64,000 bases of DNA from NCBI GenBank assembly GCA_033763315.1, contig JANRKS010000001.1, positions 247,587-311,586 on the forward strand, read 5' to 3'. This stretch comes from Deltaproteobacteria bacterium. Its GTDB lineage: Bacteria; Myxococcota_A; Polyangia; Fen-1088. The notes beneath the pieces are model-generated. The model saw nothing but the letters and a program-made list of their open reading frames with translations, searched no databases and had not been told where the DNA came from. The translations under genes and the position numbers were made by a program. This document shows positions 44,244 through 53,658 of the stretch, one piece after another. The stretch's first letter is position 1. Each line of letters starts with the position of its first letter.

Positions 44244-46001
44244 CTAAAGCTTCGTCTCGGCCGCGGTTTGGGTGGACAAAGCCGGACGCAAGCGAAACGC
44301 GTCGCTTGCCACGAACGAGGCCAGCCAGGCGGGAAAGTTCTCTTTGGCGTCGACGAACGCTTGGGTTTGCCGCGCGATTGCGCAGCGATCTTGTTCAACC
44401 TCGCGGCGGCCGAGGGCAAAGCGGAACGCCTGCGTCACCATGCACCTTTGCACTTCGGGCGATGTTGCGAGTGCCTCCGACAGCTCAGCCGCACCCTTGA
44501 ACTTAAGGTCGATGAGATCACCACCACGTTCAAATCCCATCACGATGCCTTCATCGTTGATCGGCTGTCCGCGGTCGTCAGCCATCTGCTGCCCAATCGC
44601 GTTGAAGCGCGACAGGCCGAACCCCACGGGGTCCAATAAACGGTGGCAGCCTGCGCAGGCCGGATCCTTTGTGTGTCGTTCGAACCGTTGGCGTTCGGTT
44701 TCCTTTCCCTGCGCCGGTTCAAGCGGTGGCACCGAAGGGGGCGGTGGCGGAATGTCCGAGCACAGCACTTGCTCGCGAACAAAGCGTCCTCGACGAATCG
44801 CTGAGGCGTGATCTGGCTTCGACGTCTGCGTGAGCACACTTCCTTGCGTGAGCAGTCCCACGCGTTCGCTGTTGTTGTCCCACTCTATCCGTTGCCATTC
44901 GCTGCTTGGCGCGGGCACGCCATAGAACTTGGCAAGTTCAGCGTTAACGAAGCTGTGTTTTGCTGTGAACGCCGACAGTAGGCGACCCTCGGTGTTCCAG
45001 ATGTAGCCTTCGATAAAGCGCGACGTTTCTTGCCGCATGGAATCGGCGAGCGTGGGCTTCCAATCGGGGAACAACTGGCTATCGAACGCCACGCCGCGCA
45101 GGGCATCAAGCTGCAACCACTGCTCATAAAAGTGTGCCACCGCCGCCTTGGCTTGCGGCTGCTTCAGCAGCGCCTCGGCCTGGCTGCGCACGCCTTGCGG
45201 TGAATCCAGCTCCCCGCGCATCGCTGCATCCAGCAGAGTGGGCGACGGCGTGGTGCCCGACAACATATACGAAAGCCGTGTGGCCACTTCGTATCCCGTC
45301 AAAGCCACCAAGCCCTCATCGCTGCCGCGCCCGACTTCGGGGCGAAACAAAAAGTGGGGTGACAGCAGCACGCCTTGGATGACTTGCACGATCGCATCGG
45401 TGTTGCTTTCACCCGTGGCCGCAAGCTCATTCAACGCTGTCAGTTCATCGCTTGTGAGTGGTCGGCGAAAGGCATTGCGTCCAAACGTGCGAACGAAGCT
45501 TGTCACGCAATCCTTGGCCGCCACATCACACTTGGCTAAGCGATTCGCGGCTGCCATGGTGCCAGCCACCTTTTGGGCCAGGCCTTCAACGGCGATCTGC
45601 AGCTTCTCAAGAACAGGCGTTGATATCGTGATGCCTTCGGCATTGTTGTCGAAGCTCGCCACGAGCGCGTCATTAACCAGGCCGAATTCTTTGGTGACGC
45701 TGCCCGTGTAGCCAAGGAGATCGCGCACGGTGTTGTCCAATTCCCAGTTGCTTAAGCGGCGCAGAAACATCGGTCCGAGATCAAGGGGCGCATCGGTGCA
45801 GCCGTCTGCCACTTCGGTGCCCGTGCCCCCGTTCCCAAGATCCCGCCGGCCACCGTGGCCACCGTCGTTGGCGTTGGTTTGGGGGCCCATGTCTGGGGAC
45901 TGGCCGCTGATGGTGCCTGTGCAGGCGGCGTGTGAAGAAACCACCAGAGCAAACAATGCAAAGGTGGCTGCGTGTGTGCCGGAACTTCGGGGCGCGCGCA
46001 T
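44244..46001 (-). CDS. DUF1592-family c-type cytochrome lipoprotein, copy 2
   Basis: Lipobox HAAC, RRLS..ELDNTVRDL, AFRRPLT, SPHFLF, RRG, CAGCH. Confidence 0.9.
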   Translation of the reverse strand: MRAPRSSGTHAATFALFALVVSSHAACTGTISGQSPDMGPQTNANDGGHGGRRDLGNGGTGTEVADGCTDAPLDLGPMFLRRLSNWELDNTVRDLLGYTGSVTKEFGLVNDALVASFDNNAEGITISTPVLEKLQIAVEGLAQKVAGTMAAANRLAKCDVAAKDCVTSFVRTFGRNAFRRPLTSDELTALNELAATGESNTDAIVQVIQGVLLSPHFLFRPEVGRGSDEGLVALTGYEVATRLSYMLSGTTPSPTLLDAAMRGELDSPQGVRSQAEALLKQPQAKAAVAHFYEQWLQLDALRGVAFDSQLFPDWKPTLADSMRQETSRFIEGYIWNTEGRLLSAFTAKHSFVNAELAKFYGVPAPSSEWQRIEWDNNSERVGLLTQGSVLTQTSKPDHASAIRRGRFVREQVLCSDIPPPPPSVPPLEPAQGKETERQRFERHTKDPACAGCHRLLDPVGFGLSRFNAIGQQMADDRGQPINDEGIVMGFERGGDLIDLKFKGAAELSEALATSPEVQRCMVTQAFRFALGRREVEQDRCAIARQTQAFVDAKENFPAWLASFVASDAFRLRPALSTQTAAETKL

Positions 46002-46205
46002 GGACCGTCCTTGGGGAAAAGGAAATACTGATCAGCGTTTGTTAATGCGGCCATCTGCAACCGCCTTCACACAAAAACGTTGTCGTCCCGCCGGGCGCTC
46101 CCTCCCGGCAACATTTGGGCACAAATACGGCGGGTTACGCGCGGGCCGTGGGGTGTGGGTGACTTAAGCCTCGCCTGCCACCTGCCGAACCCTTAGGCAG
46201 GTTTC

Positions 46206-47102
46206 ATGCTCGCTGCCAAACAAGCCGCCACCACCTTCACCGCTGCCGCGTCGCCCGCCGACATCGGCGGCCTGGCTTTGGCTGTGGATGACTTGGTCAA
46301 AAGCGGCTCCGTCAAAGTGCCTATGCTGCCGCAGGTGGCAACCCAGGTGTTGCAGGCCGCCAGCGATGATAAGTGTGATGCCGCCCGCTTGTCGGGGCTC
46401 ATTCACAAAGATCCCGCATTGGCGGGGCGTGTGCTGAAGATCGCAAACTCACCGCTTTATATGGCCAAGTCGCCGCTTGTGTCGCTTCAGCAGGCGGTGG
46501 CACGTTTGGGTTTTGCCACGCTCACTGAGATCGCGTTGGCCGCTTCCGTTGAAAGCGGGGTGTTCGCGGTGCCTGGGTTCGAGCATGAAATTCAAGCCTT
46601 GTGGCACGAATCATTGGCCACCGCCGCGTTTGCGAAAGAGATCGCGCGCCTGCGCCGCTTGAACGTTGAAACGGCGTTTTTGTGTGGCTTGCTCGCCGAC
46701 ATCGGACGCCCCGTGGTGTTGCAGGCGGTGGTGGATCTGGCGCGCAAGCAGAAGCTTTCGACCGGCGCACCAGAGGTGCGCGCTTGTTTGTTAGATCTGG
46801 CGTCTCGCTTTGCGGGGGCCACCACGCAATCTGTAGTGAAGGCGTGGCAGTTGCCTGCCGCCGTGCAAGCGGCCGCTTCGCATCGTGATGAACCCGCCGC
46901 TGCAGGGCCGCACGTGAAGGACGCGGCCATCGCCGGCGCGGCACGCTGGTTGGCGTTGAACCTCCTGCACCCATCGGCAGACGCGGTGCCGTTGCACGAA
47001 CAAGGCGCGTTTGTGCTTTTGAACCTCTACCGTGACGATGCGGCGGCGTTGGTTGCCAAAGGTGACGCGGTCAAGAAGGCCGTCTTGGGCCTTGCGAGCT
47101 GA
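46206..47102 (+). CDS. HDOD domain protein
   Basis: P.LP.VA, DPALAGRVLKIANS, SLQQAVARLG, LW.ES, GLLADIG (HD replaced by AD), WQLP. Confidence 0.88.
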   Translation: MLAAKQAATTFTAAASPADIGGLALAVDDLVKSGSVKVPMLPQVATQVLQAASDDKCDAARLSGLIHKDPALAGRVLKIANSPLYMAKSPLVSLQQAVARLGFATLTEIALAASVESGVFAVPGFEHEIQALWHESLATAAFAKEIARLRRLNVETAFLCGLLADIGRPVVLQAVVDLARKQKLSTGAPEVRACLLDLASRFAGATTQSVVKAWQLPAAVQAAASHRDEPAAAGPHVKDAAIAGAARWLALNLLHPSADAVPLHEQGAFVLLNLYRDDAAALVAKGDAVKKAVLGLAS

Positions 47103-47103
47103 G

Positions 47104-48513
47104 ATGATGGAACCAGCCGAATCGTTTGACGTTGTGATCATTGGCAGTGGCCCTTCAGGACAAAAGGCGGCGATTCAAGCTCGCAAGGCCGGACAGAAAA
47201 CCGCCGTCATCGAGCGCGAAGCGGGCGTGGGTGGTGCGTGTGTTCATCAAGGCACCATTCCCAGCAAGACCTTGCGCGAAACCGCCGTGCAGATGGTGCG
47301 GTTGCGTCGTGGCGCCGATGTGTTCAACGCCACGATAGGCGCCGGCACGGAAATCAACCGCTTGCTCACGCGCCTTGATCGGGTTGTCAACGCGCACGTG
47401 ACGTACATGCACGATCAACTCGTGCGCAACGGTGTGGTGGTGATGAAGGGGCGCGCGCGGTTTGCTTCGCCCACCACCATCGATGTTGAAGCGGTCACAG
47501 GGGAGGTCAAACGCCTGCACGCCAAGTTGGTGGTGATCGCCACGGGCTCGCGGCCGCGCAACCCGCCTGAGATCAACGTCGATCACGAAAACGTGCTCGA
47601 TAGCGACTCCATCTTGTCGCTGGCGTATCTACCCGAATCTATGGTGGTGTTGGGCGCGGGCGTGATCGCCAGCGAATACGCTTCAGTGTTTGCACTCCTG
47701 GGCGTCAAGGTCACCATGGTTGATAAAACCGATCGACCGCTGAAGTTTCTCGATCCCGATCTCACAACGCGCTTTCTGCGTGAACTGGAACGCAACGACG
47801 GCCGCTTTATCGGCGGCTGCAGCGCCAGCGCGGTGTCCTTCGATGGCGTGGCGCACGTGCAGACGCATCTGACAAATGGCGAGACTTTGACCAGCGAGAA
47901 GGTGCTGGTGGCCCTGGGGCGCGAAGCGAACCTTGAAGGGCTTGAACTGTCGGCCGCGGGTCTTGTGCCCACGGCGCGCGGTCTGCTGCAGGTCGACGCC
48001 CACTGCCGCACGGCCGTGCCTCATATCTATGCTGTGGGCGACGTGATTGGCCCGCCTTCGTTGGCGTCCGCCTCCATGGAACAGGGGCGCCGCGCGATCT
48101 GCCACGCGTTGGGTTTGCCACCCAGCGCCAGCGCCGATCTCATTCCCACAGGTGTTTACACCGTGCCTGAAATATCCAGCGTGGGCCTTTCCGCAGAGGA
48201 AGCGCAACGCCGCGGGCAAAAGGTGATCGTGGGCCGCGCCAGTTTTGATCAAGTGGCGCGCGGCCAGATCTCTGGCATTGATGACGGTTTGCTCAAACTT
48301 GTGGCCGACGAGCACGGCAAGAAGTTATTGGGTGTGCAGATTGTGGGTGATGGATCCACCGATCTTGTGCACGTCGGCATGATGGCGCTGTTGGCGGGGC
48401 AGGATGTGGACGTGTTTGTCGAAAACATTTTCAATTTCCCGACGCTGGCCGAAGCTTACCGCGTGGCTGCGTTCGATGTCATCGAGCAGCGCTCGCGCTT
48501 GCCGCAGCCTTAA
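47104..48513 (+). CDS. sthA: Soluble Si-specific NAD(P)+ transhydrogenase
   Basis: GSGPSG, GGACVHQGTIPSKTLRE (single Cys), GAGVIASEYAS, ASASMEQGR, FNFPTLAEAYRVAA. Confidence 0.9.
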   Translation: MMEPAESFDVVIIGSGPSGQKAAIQARKAGQKTAVIEREAGVGGACVHQGTIPSKTLRETAVQMVRLRRGADVFNATIGAGTEINRLLTRLDRVVNAHVTYMHDQLVRNGVVVMKGRARFASPTTIDVEAVTGEVKRLHAKLVVIATGSRPRNPPEINVDHENVLDSDSILSLAYLPESMVVLGAGVIASEYASVFALLGVKVTMVDKTDRPLKFLDPDLTTRFLRELERNDGRFIGGCSASAVSFDGVAHVQTHLTNGETLTSEKVLVALGREANLEGLELSAAGLVPTARGLLQVDAHCRTAVPHIYAVGDVIGPPSLASASMEQGRRAICHALGLPPSASADLIPTGVYTVPEISSVGLSAEEAQRRGQKVIVGRASFDQVARGQISGIDDGLLKLVADEHGKKLLGVQIVGDGSTDLVHVGMMALLAGQDVDVFVENIFNFPTLAEAYRVAAFDVIEQRSRLPQP

Positions 48514-48518
48514 CGGCG

Positions 48519-49919
48519 CTAACCGAGCACGCCATAAGCGCCGTCGTAAGGTCCCGCTTGCAGACCGGCCCCATCGACGCCCATCGCGTGGCAAAGGTCC
48601 AATAGGAGCCCGCTGTGCGGCTTGTAACTTTTGTTGGCCGCCCCGGGCACATAGCGAACCAAACGGCCGGGCTTGAGCTTGCCATTGCCCCCGCCCGCGA
48701 TCACAAACGGTATGTCGTTCGCGCTGTGCCAGTAACCGTCGCTCATTTGGTTGGCGAGCACGACGATGCTGTGATCAAGCATGGTGCCGTCGCCCTCCTT
48801 CACGTTGTCCATGGCTTGCAGCAGATACGCGAACTCGCCTGCAAACCAACGATCCACCAACTGCTTTTGTCGAACCGCTTCGGGGCCTTTGGAGACGTCA
48901 TGGGCGATGCCATGCTCGTCTTTGTAAGGACCCGTCGTGTTCGCATCTTGCACCTGTGCCTCACCGTTGGCGGGGAAGCTGAACTGCCACGAATCGCCGG
49001 TCCAACCGATGCACGCCACGCGGGTGAGATCGCAGCGCAACGCTGCGACAGTGATGTCTGAGAACGCGCGCGCGATGCGGCCCTGGTAGCGAACCTCACC
49101 CGCTGCATAACCCGAGGGCGCCGCAGGAACCATACATCCGGTGCCGCCGCTGCCCATCACGCGCGTCTTGAGAGCCGCCACCGCGTCCCAATGCGCAGCA
49201 ACCGTGCTTGCGTTTTGCTTGCCCACCCGTTTCGCTAGCACGTCCAAACGGCGGCTGGCATGGGCCAAGACGGCTGCGTCTTCGGCCTTGCCACGGCTTG
49301 CAGCGTCGCTGGTCAAATCAAGATTGCCAAACAAGCGCGTGAACAAGCTTTTGGGATCGGTGTCGGGCGTGGGTGCGTTGACCTTGTTGTTGATGGGTGG
49401 TCCTGCGATCGAAAGATAACTGTCGTTGCCGCGGTATTCGCCCGTGCGCAACACCAACGAAGAGACGGGCGATTGAACGCCTTGCGCTTTGAGCTGCTTT
49501 GCCACGTGCAAATCGATGGATGGTGCGCCGCCCGTGAATTTCATGCCGTCCCATGCGCCTTCAAAAGGGGCGCCGGGTGCGGCCGTCAACACGAATGGCG
49601 TTGAGCTGTGTGCCCAGGACGCTTTGGCGTCGTACATGTTGGTGAGCGCCAACCCTCCAACCACGAGCAGCTTCTTTTCAAATGGTTTGAGCGGCGCCAG
49701 ACTTGAGTTCGGTCCCGCATCGATCACCAAGTCTCCTACCGTCCTGGGCCAAAAAGTATCGTGGCGCACGCCGTTCGGCATCACCACCACAACCAAGCGT
49801 GTGGGAAAGCCACTGTCAGCCGCGCGCGCCGGCCGCGCCAAGCCTTCTGCCAGCAACGGCAAAGACGCCGCACCCAGCCCCAAACCGCGCAGCAACGCTC
49901 GTCGATCAAGCCCCTTCAT
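48519..49919 (-). CDS. DUF1552 family Tat-exported protein, copy 3
   Basis: DRRALLRG, PSID, EHGIAH, GTMLDHS, G.WH. Confidence 0.88.
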   Translation of the reverse strand: MKGLDRRALLRGLGLGAASLPLLAEGLARPARAADSGFPTRLVVVVMPNGVRHDTFWPRTVGDLVIDAGPNSSLAPLKPFEKKLLVVGGLALTNMYDAKASWAHSSTPFVLTAAPGAPFEGAWDGMKFTGGAPSIDLHVAKQLKAQGVQSPVSSLVLRTGEYRGNDSYLSIAGPPINNKVNAPTPDTDPKSLFTRLFGNLDLTSDAASRGKAEDAAVLAHASRRLDVLAKRVGKQNASTVAAHWDAVAALKTRVMGSGGTGCMVPAAPSGYAAGEVRYQGRIARAFSDITVAALRCDLTRVACIGWTGDSWQFSFPANGEAQVQDANTTGPYKDEHGIAHDVSKGPEAVRQKQLVDRWFAGEFAYLLQAMDNVKEGDGTMLDHSIVVLANQMSDGYWHSANDIPFVIAGGGNGKLKPGRLVRYVPGAANKSYKPHSGLLLDLCHAMGVDGAGLQAGPYDGAYGVLG

Positions 49920-51532
49920 TGTGAAACCTCCTCAAGCTTTTCTTGTCGAAACGCAGCGGAACGCGTGACCTCGGCAAACAGGTCTTTGATGTTGCCGTCG
50001 GCAAAACCTGTGAACAGGCGTTCCATGCCCGCGCTGTCGGCCGCCGTCACTTGGCGCCCGAGCGCGAACCTCACCCATTGCGTTGCAAAACAACGCCGTG
50101 CCTGATCGCTTTGCGCGAGCTTTGCGAACAAATCGTCTTTGTTGGCGAAGCGGCTCGTCGTGCCATCGACATCCACCAGCTTGCCTGACGTATCAACTGA
50201 GCCTGCCACCGCACGCCCGAGGTGATCATACCCGGCGAAGGCAAATCCGATTGGATCCATTCGTTCATGGCACACGTTGCACGAGGGGTTCCGGCTGTGC
50301 TCGGCGAATCGTTCGCGTTCCGACACGGGTGTTTGTCCAGGCTCAGGCAACACGGGCACGTTGGGTGGTGGCGCGGGCATCGGGTCGCACAAGATCCGCT
50401 CGCGCACCAAACGTCCTCGCTTGATGGGCGACGCTTCGTTGCTTTGCGACTGCGCAGCCATCACCGCGCCGGCCGCCAGAAGGCCCTTGTTGATCAACGT
50501 AACCAAGCGTCCGTCGCCGGTCACGAGCGTATCGTGAATCAGCTTTGCCAGGTCGTCGGCAAGTGCGCTTGCGCGTTCGGCGGTCCAAGCCTTGTCTGCG
50601 CTCGTGCGCGTCACGGAAGCCAAGTTGGCGGTGCCCAAGAGTTCATCGAAGAAGGCGATCAGACCGCGCTCGCTGCGTGGATCCTCGCTTAATCGTTTCA
50701 CTTCGGAAGCCAACACGTCTGGGTTGTGCAGCTTCTGTTGTGTGGCCAACGCTGTTAAAGCGGCGTCGGGTGTGGATCGCCAGAAGGTGGCGGCCAACTT
50801 TGCGGCCAACGCTGTGTCCGTCACCACAGCCACACCCGGAGGTCGCTGGTCTGGGTCCTCATCGTGGTAAAGAAACGCGGGCGACGTGAACACGGCAGTT
50901 ACGCCCGTGTGCAACGCGGTTAAGAATGTCGAGCCTGTGGCGGCCCGCGCGTCGGCGAACACCTGCACGAGATCTGCTTTCTCGTCGGTCAGCAAAGGCC
51001 GCCGGTAGGCACGCGTCGCCAGCGCTGCGAGCGTTGCGGTGGCACACGTGGCTTCCGCTTGTCCAGCGGCCACGGTGGCGCTGCAAGCGATCAACGGCTT
51101 TCCGTCGACGCGTGTTTCAAAGCCAACGGTGGCTGCCGCGAGCTTGGCTTTTTCAAGCAGGCGATCCACCTCCACCAAGCCGAGCGGCCCGGGCTGCGCA
51201 AAGCCGTGTTCGCCCACCGATTCAAGCGGCATGCCCTTTTGCAACGACTGACGAAGAGCCTCGCTGCCGTTAACGAGATCCACCAGGCTCCACACGAATT
51301 CGTCGTTGCCGATGCGCTGCAAACGCCGTGGCATCACAACCAAGTCTTCAATCGAAGGCGTTTGGCCCCCTTGGCTTGGTTGCCCTGCCTGGCCACCGGT
51401 GGTGGGCCCCCCGCCAGTCCCCCCCGACGCGTCTTCACCCGAAAGCGCGGCCACACGGCCCGTGCATGCAACGCCAAAAACAAGCGCGAGGCTGACCCGC
51501 GCAAAACGTACCGCATGAACTGCATCGGCCAT
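49916..51532 (-). CDS. DUF1592-family c-type cytochrome lipoprotein, copy 3 (internal deletion)
   Basis: Lipobox GVAC, AYRRPL, SPAFLY, SPIKRG, CNVCH, GFAF..YD..G. Confidence 0.85.
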   Translation of the reverse strand: MADAVHAVRFARVSLALVFGVACTGRVAALSGEDASGGTGGGPTTGGQAGQPSQGGQTPSIEDLVVMPRRLQRIGNDEFVWSLVDLVNGSEALRQSLQKGMPLESVGEHGFAQPGPLGLVEVDRLLEKAKLAAATVGFETRVDGKPLIACSATVAAGQAEATCATATLAALATRAYRRPLLTDEKADLVQVFADARAATGSTFLTALHTGVTAVFTSPAFLYHDEDPDQRPPGVAVVTDTALAAKLAATFWRSTPDAALTALATQQKLHNPDVLASEVKRLSEDPRSERGLIAFFDELLGTANLASVTRTSADKAWTAERASALADDLAKLIHDTLVTGDGRLVTLINKGLLAAGAVMAAQSQSNEASPIKRGRLVRERILCDPMPAPPPNVPVLPEPGQTPVSERERFAEHSRNPSCNVCHERMDPIGFAFAGYDHLGRAVAGSVDTSGKLVDVDGTTSRFANKDDLFAKLAQSDQARRCFATQWVRFALGRQVTAADSAGMERLFTGFADGNIKDLFAEVTRSAAFRQEKLEEVSQ

Positions 51533-51545
51533 GGTTGACCGTCAC

Positions 51546-51561
51546 TGCAAAGGACCTGCCA
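51546..51561 (-). promoter_or_regulatory. sigma54 (-24/-12) promoter TGGCAGGTCCTTTGCA
   Basis: One mismatch to TGGCACG-N4-TTGCW with exact GG-N10-GC spacing, directly upstream of DUF1592 copy 3. Confidence 0.75.
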
Positions 51562-51599
51562 AGAAAATGCGCAGGCAAGGCGCCGGTGTTCTCACAGCG

Positions 51600-51649
51600 T
51601 TGCGCCAATCTTGGCGCAAGCGTGCGCGATCTTGGCGCAAGCGCGCGCG
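51600..51649. repeat. Three TTGGCGCAA boxes (one inverted) within a 21-bp tandem duplication
   Basis: TTGCGCCAA-tc-TTGGCGCAA palindrome (51600-51619); ATCTTGGCGCAAGCGYGCGCG at 51608-51628 and 51629-51649. Confidence 0.8.
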
Positions 51650-52612
51650 TTAAGCGCCGCGGTGAACTTCGACCGTCAAATGCGACAAGTTCACGACGGC
51701 CAGCAGTTTGCTGCGGTATTCGCCCACGTCGCGCGGTGTGTTTGTGACCAATGAAACCACGCAGCCAAAACGTCCCGGGCCGATCTCCCACAAATGCAGA
51801 TCGGTGATGCGCACATCATCGATCGCGCCCAACACCTGGCGTATTTTCGTCTCTGTGGCCACCGAAGGCGCCAAATCCAAGAGTTGGCGCGCCGCCGATC
51901 GGCACAGATTCACCGACCATTTCAAGATCACAGCGCTGCCCAACAAAGCGATCGCCGGATCAAAAACGGTGAAGCCCCACAAACCCGCGGCCGCCAAGCC
52001 GGCGATCGCCAGCACGCTGGTCAGGGCGTCCGCCAGCACATGCATGTAGGCGCCGCGCAGGTTGTGATCCGTATGATGATGATCGCCGTGGCTGTGGTGA
52101 TCATGGTCATGATGTTCATGCGCGTGCGAGTGGGTGTGCGCATGAACTTCGTCCCCACCACCCAGAAGCCACGCGCTGAACAAATTCACCAGCAGTCCCA
52201 ACACCGCCACAGGCAACGCTTCGCGCACGGCGATGGCTTCGGGATGCTGCAGGCGGTGCACAGCCTCGATGCCCATCCACACCGCCACGATGGCCAGCAC
52301 CACGGCGTTGGTGTAACCCGCCAAGGCATAGACCTTGCCCGTGCCAAACACGAACATGCGCTGCGTGGCACGCGCGCGCGCCAACCAATAAGCGCCCGCC
52401 GACAAGCCAAGCGCCCCGGCATGTGAGCCCATGTGCCAACCGTCGGCCACCAAGGCCAACGACGAAGACCAATACCCCGCCGCCAACTCCATCACCATCA
52501 TCACGAGGGTGAGACCCACCACCCACAACACGCGCCGTTCGGCAGGCGGCGCGCTTTCATGCGCGTCGTGTAGGCAGCAGTCCCAAGGCTTCGTGGTGGG
52601 TGCTGTGGACAT
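51650..52612 (-). CDS. dmeF: CDF family Co/Ni efflux transporter, DmeF-like
   Basis: ALVADGWHM.SH, FGTGKV..LAGY, His-rich loop, DHNLRGAYMHVLADALTS, DLHLWEIG, HLTVEV. Confidence 0.88.
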   Translation of the reverse strand: MSTAPTTKPWDCCLHDAHESAPPAERRVLWVVGLTLVMMVMELAAGYWSSSLALVADGWHMGSHAGALGLSAGAYWLARARATQRMFVFGTGKVYALAGYTNAVVLAIVAVWMGIEAVHRLQHPEAIAVREALPVAVLGLLVNLFSAWLLGGGDEVHAHTHSHAHEHHDHDHHSHGDHHHTDHNLRGAYMHVLADALTSVLAIAGLAAAGLWGFTVFDPAIALLGSAVILKWSVNLCRSAARQLLDLAPSVATETKIRQVLGAIDDVRITDLHLWEIGPGRFGCVVSLVTNTPRDVGEYRSKLLAVVNLSHLTVEVHRGA

Positions 52613-52617
52613 CGGTG

Positions 52618-53607
52618 TTATCCGGCCACAGTCAACACTTCCACACCCGTTTCCGTCACCAACACAGTGTGCTCGAATTGCGCCGATCGCCGGCCATCCG
52701 AAGTCACCACGGTCCACCCGTCATTCCACAGCCGATCCTTCCACGAGCCTTCGTTAATCATGGGCTCGATCGTGAACGTCATGCCCGGCACGAATTGAAC
52801 CGTGGCGCGTGGATCGAAGTAATGCGGGATCTGCATGCGGCTGTGAAACACCTCGCCGATGCCGTGGCCACAATAGCTGCGCACCACCGAGAAGTTGTGA
52901 AGTTTGGCGTGCGCTTCGATGGCGCGCCCAATGTCGCGCACCATGCCGCCGGGCTTGACCGCGGCGATGCCCAAGTCGCACGCCTGCCGCGTGACTTCCA
53001 CCAAACGCCGCGACGCTGCGTCTACCTCGCCCACGAAGAATGTGGCGTTCGTGTCGCCGTGCATACCGTCGAGGTAAACCGTGACGTCCAGATCCACGAT
53101 GTCGCCCTCTTGCAAAGGTCGGCTGTCCGGGATGCCGTGGCAAATCACTTCGTTGACCGACGTGCACAACGATTTGGGAAAGCCACGATAATTCAACGGG
53201 CTTGGGTACGCGCCGCCACGAATCGTTTCTTCGTGGCAAATGGCGTCGAGTTCATCGGTGGTGACACCCGGGCGAATCCACGCCGCGGTTTTCTCCATCA
53301 CCTGGGCGGCGAGGCGGCACGCGCGGCGCATGCGTTCGATGCGTTCGGCGTCTTTGACGTCGGGGAAATTGTTCGGTCCCGGGCGCCCTGTTTCGGCGTA
53401 GTCAGGCCTAGGGATGTGCGGCGGCACGGGGCGCATCGGGCTGATGGTGCCGGGCGCGATCGGCGTTGAACGGCGCCGCGGCAAGCCTTCGCGGGCGGCG
53501 TCGGCGTCCTGGTCGCGGTGGCACCGCTTGTATTTTTTGCCACTGCCGCACCAGCAGGGTTCGTTGGCCCCCACCTTGGCTCGCCCTGTTGTTTCAACGT
53601 CTCGCAA
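52618..53607 (-). CDS. map: Type I methionine aminopeptidase with N-terminal SEC-C Zn motif
   Basis: CWCGSGKKYKRCH; PxxP connector; CTSVNEVICHGIPD, D.T...G.HGD, CGHGIG, FTIEPMI, SAQFEHT. Confidence 0.95.
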   Translation of the reverse strand: MRDVETTGRAKVGANEPCWCGSGKKYKRCHRDQDADAAREGLPRRRSTPIAPGTISPMRPVPPHIPRPDYAETGRPGPNNFPDVKDAERIERMRRACRLAAQVMEKTAAWIRPGVTTDELDAICHEETIRGGAYPSPLNYRGFPKSLCTSVNEVICHGIPDSRPLQEGDIVDLDVTVYLDGMHGDTNATFFVGEVDAASRRLVEVTRQACDLGIAAVKPGGMVRDIGRAIEAHAKLHNFSVVRSYCGHGIGEVFHSRMQIPHYFDPRATVQFVPGMTFTIEPMINEGSWKDRLWNDGWTVVTSDGRRSAQFEHTVLVTETGVEVLTVAG

Positions 53608-53658
53608 AGCCGGTTGATCGTAGTCGATGCCGGCCCTTCCCGCTAGCGAACCCGCCGG

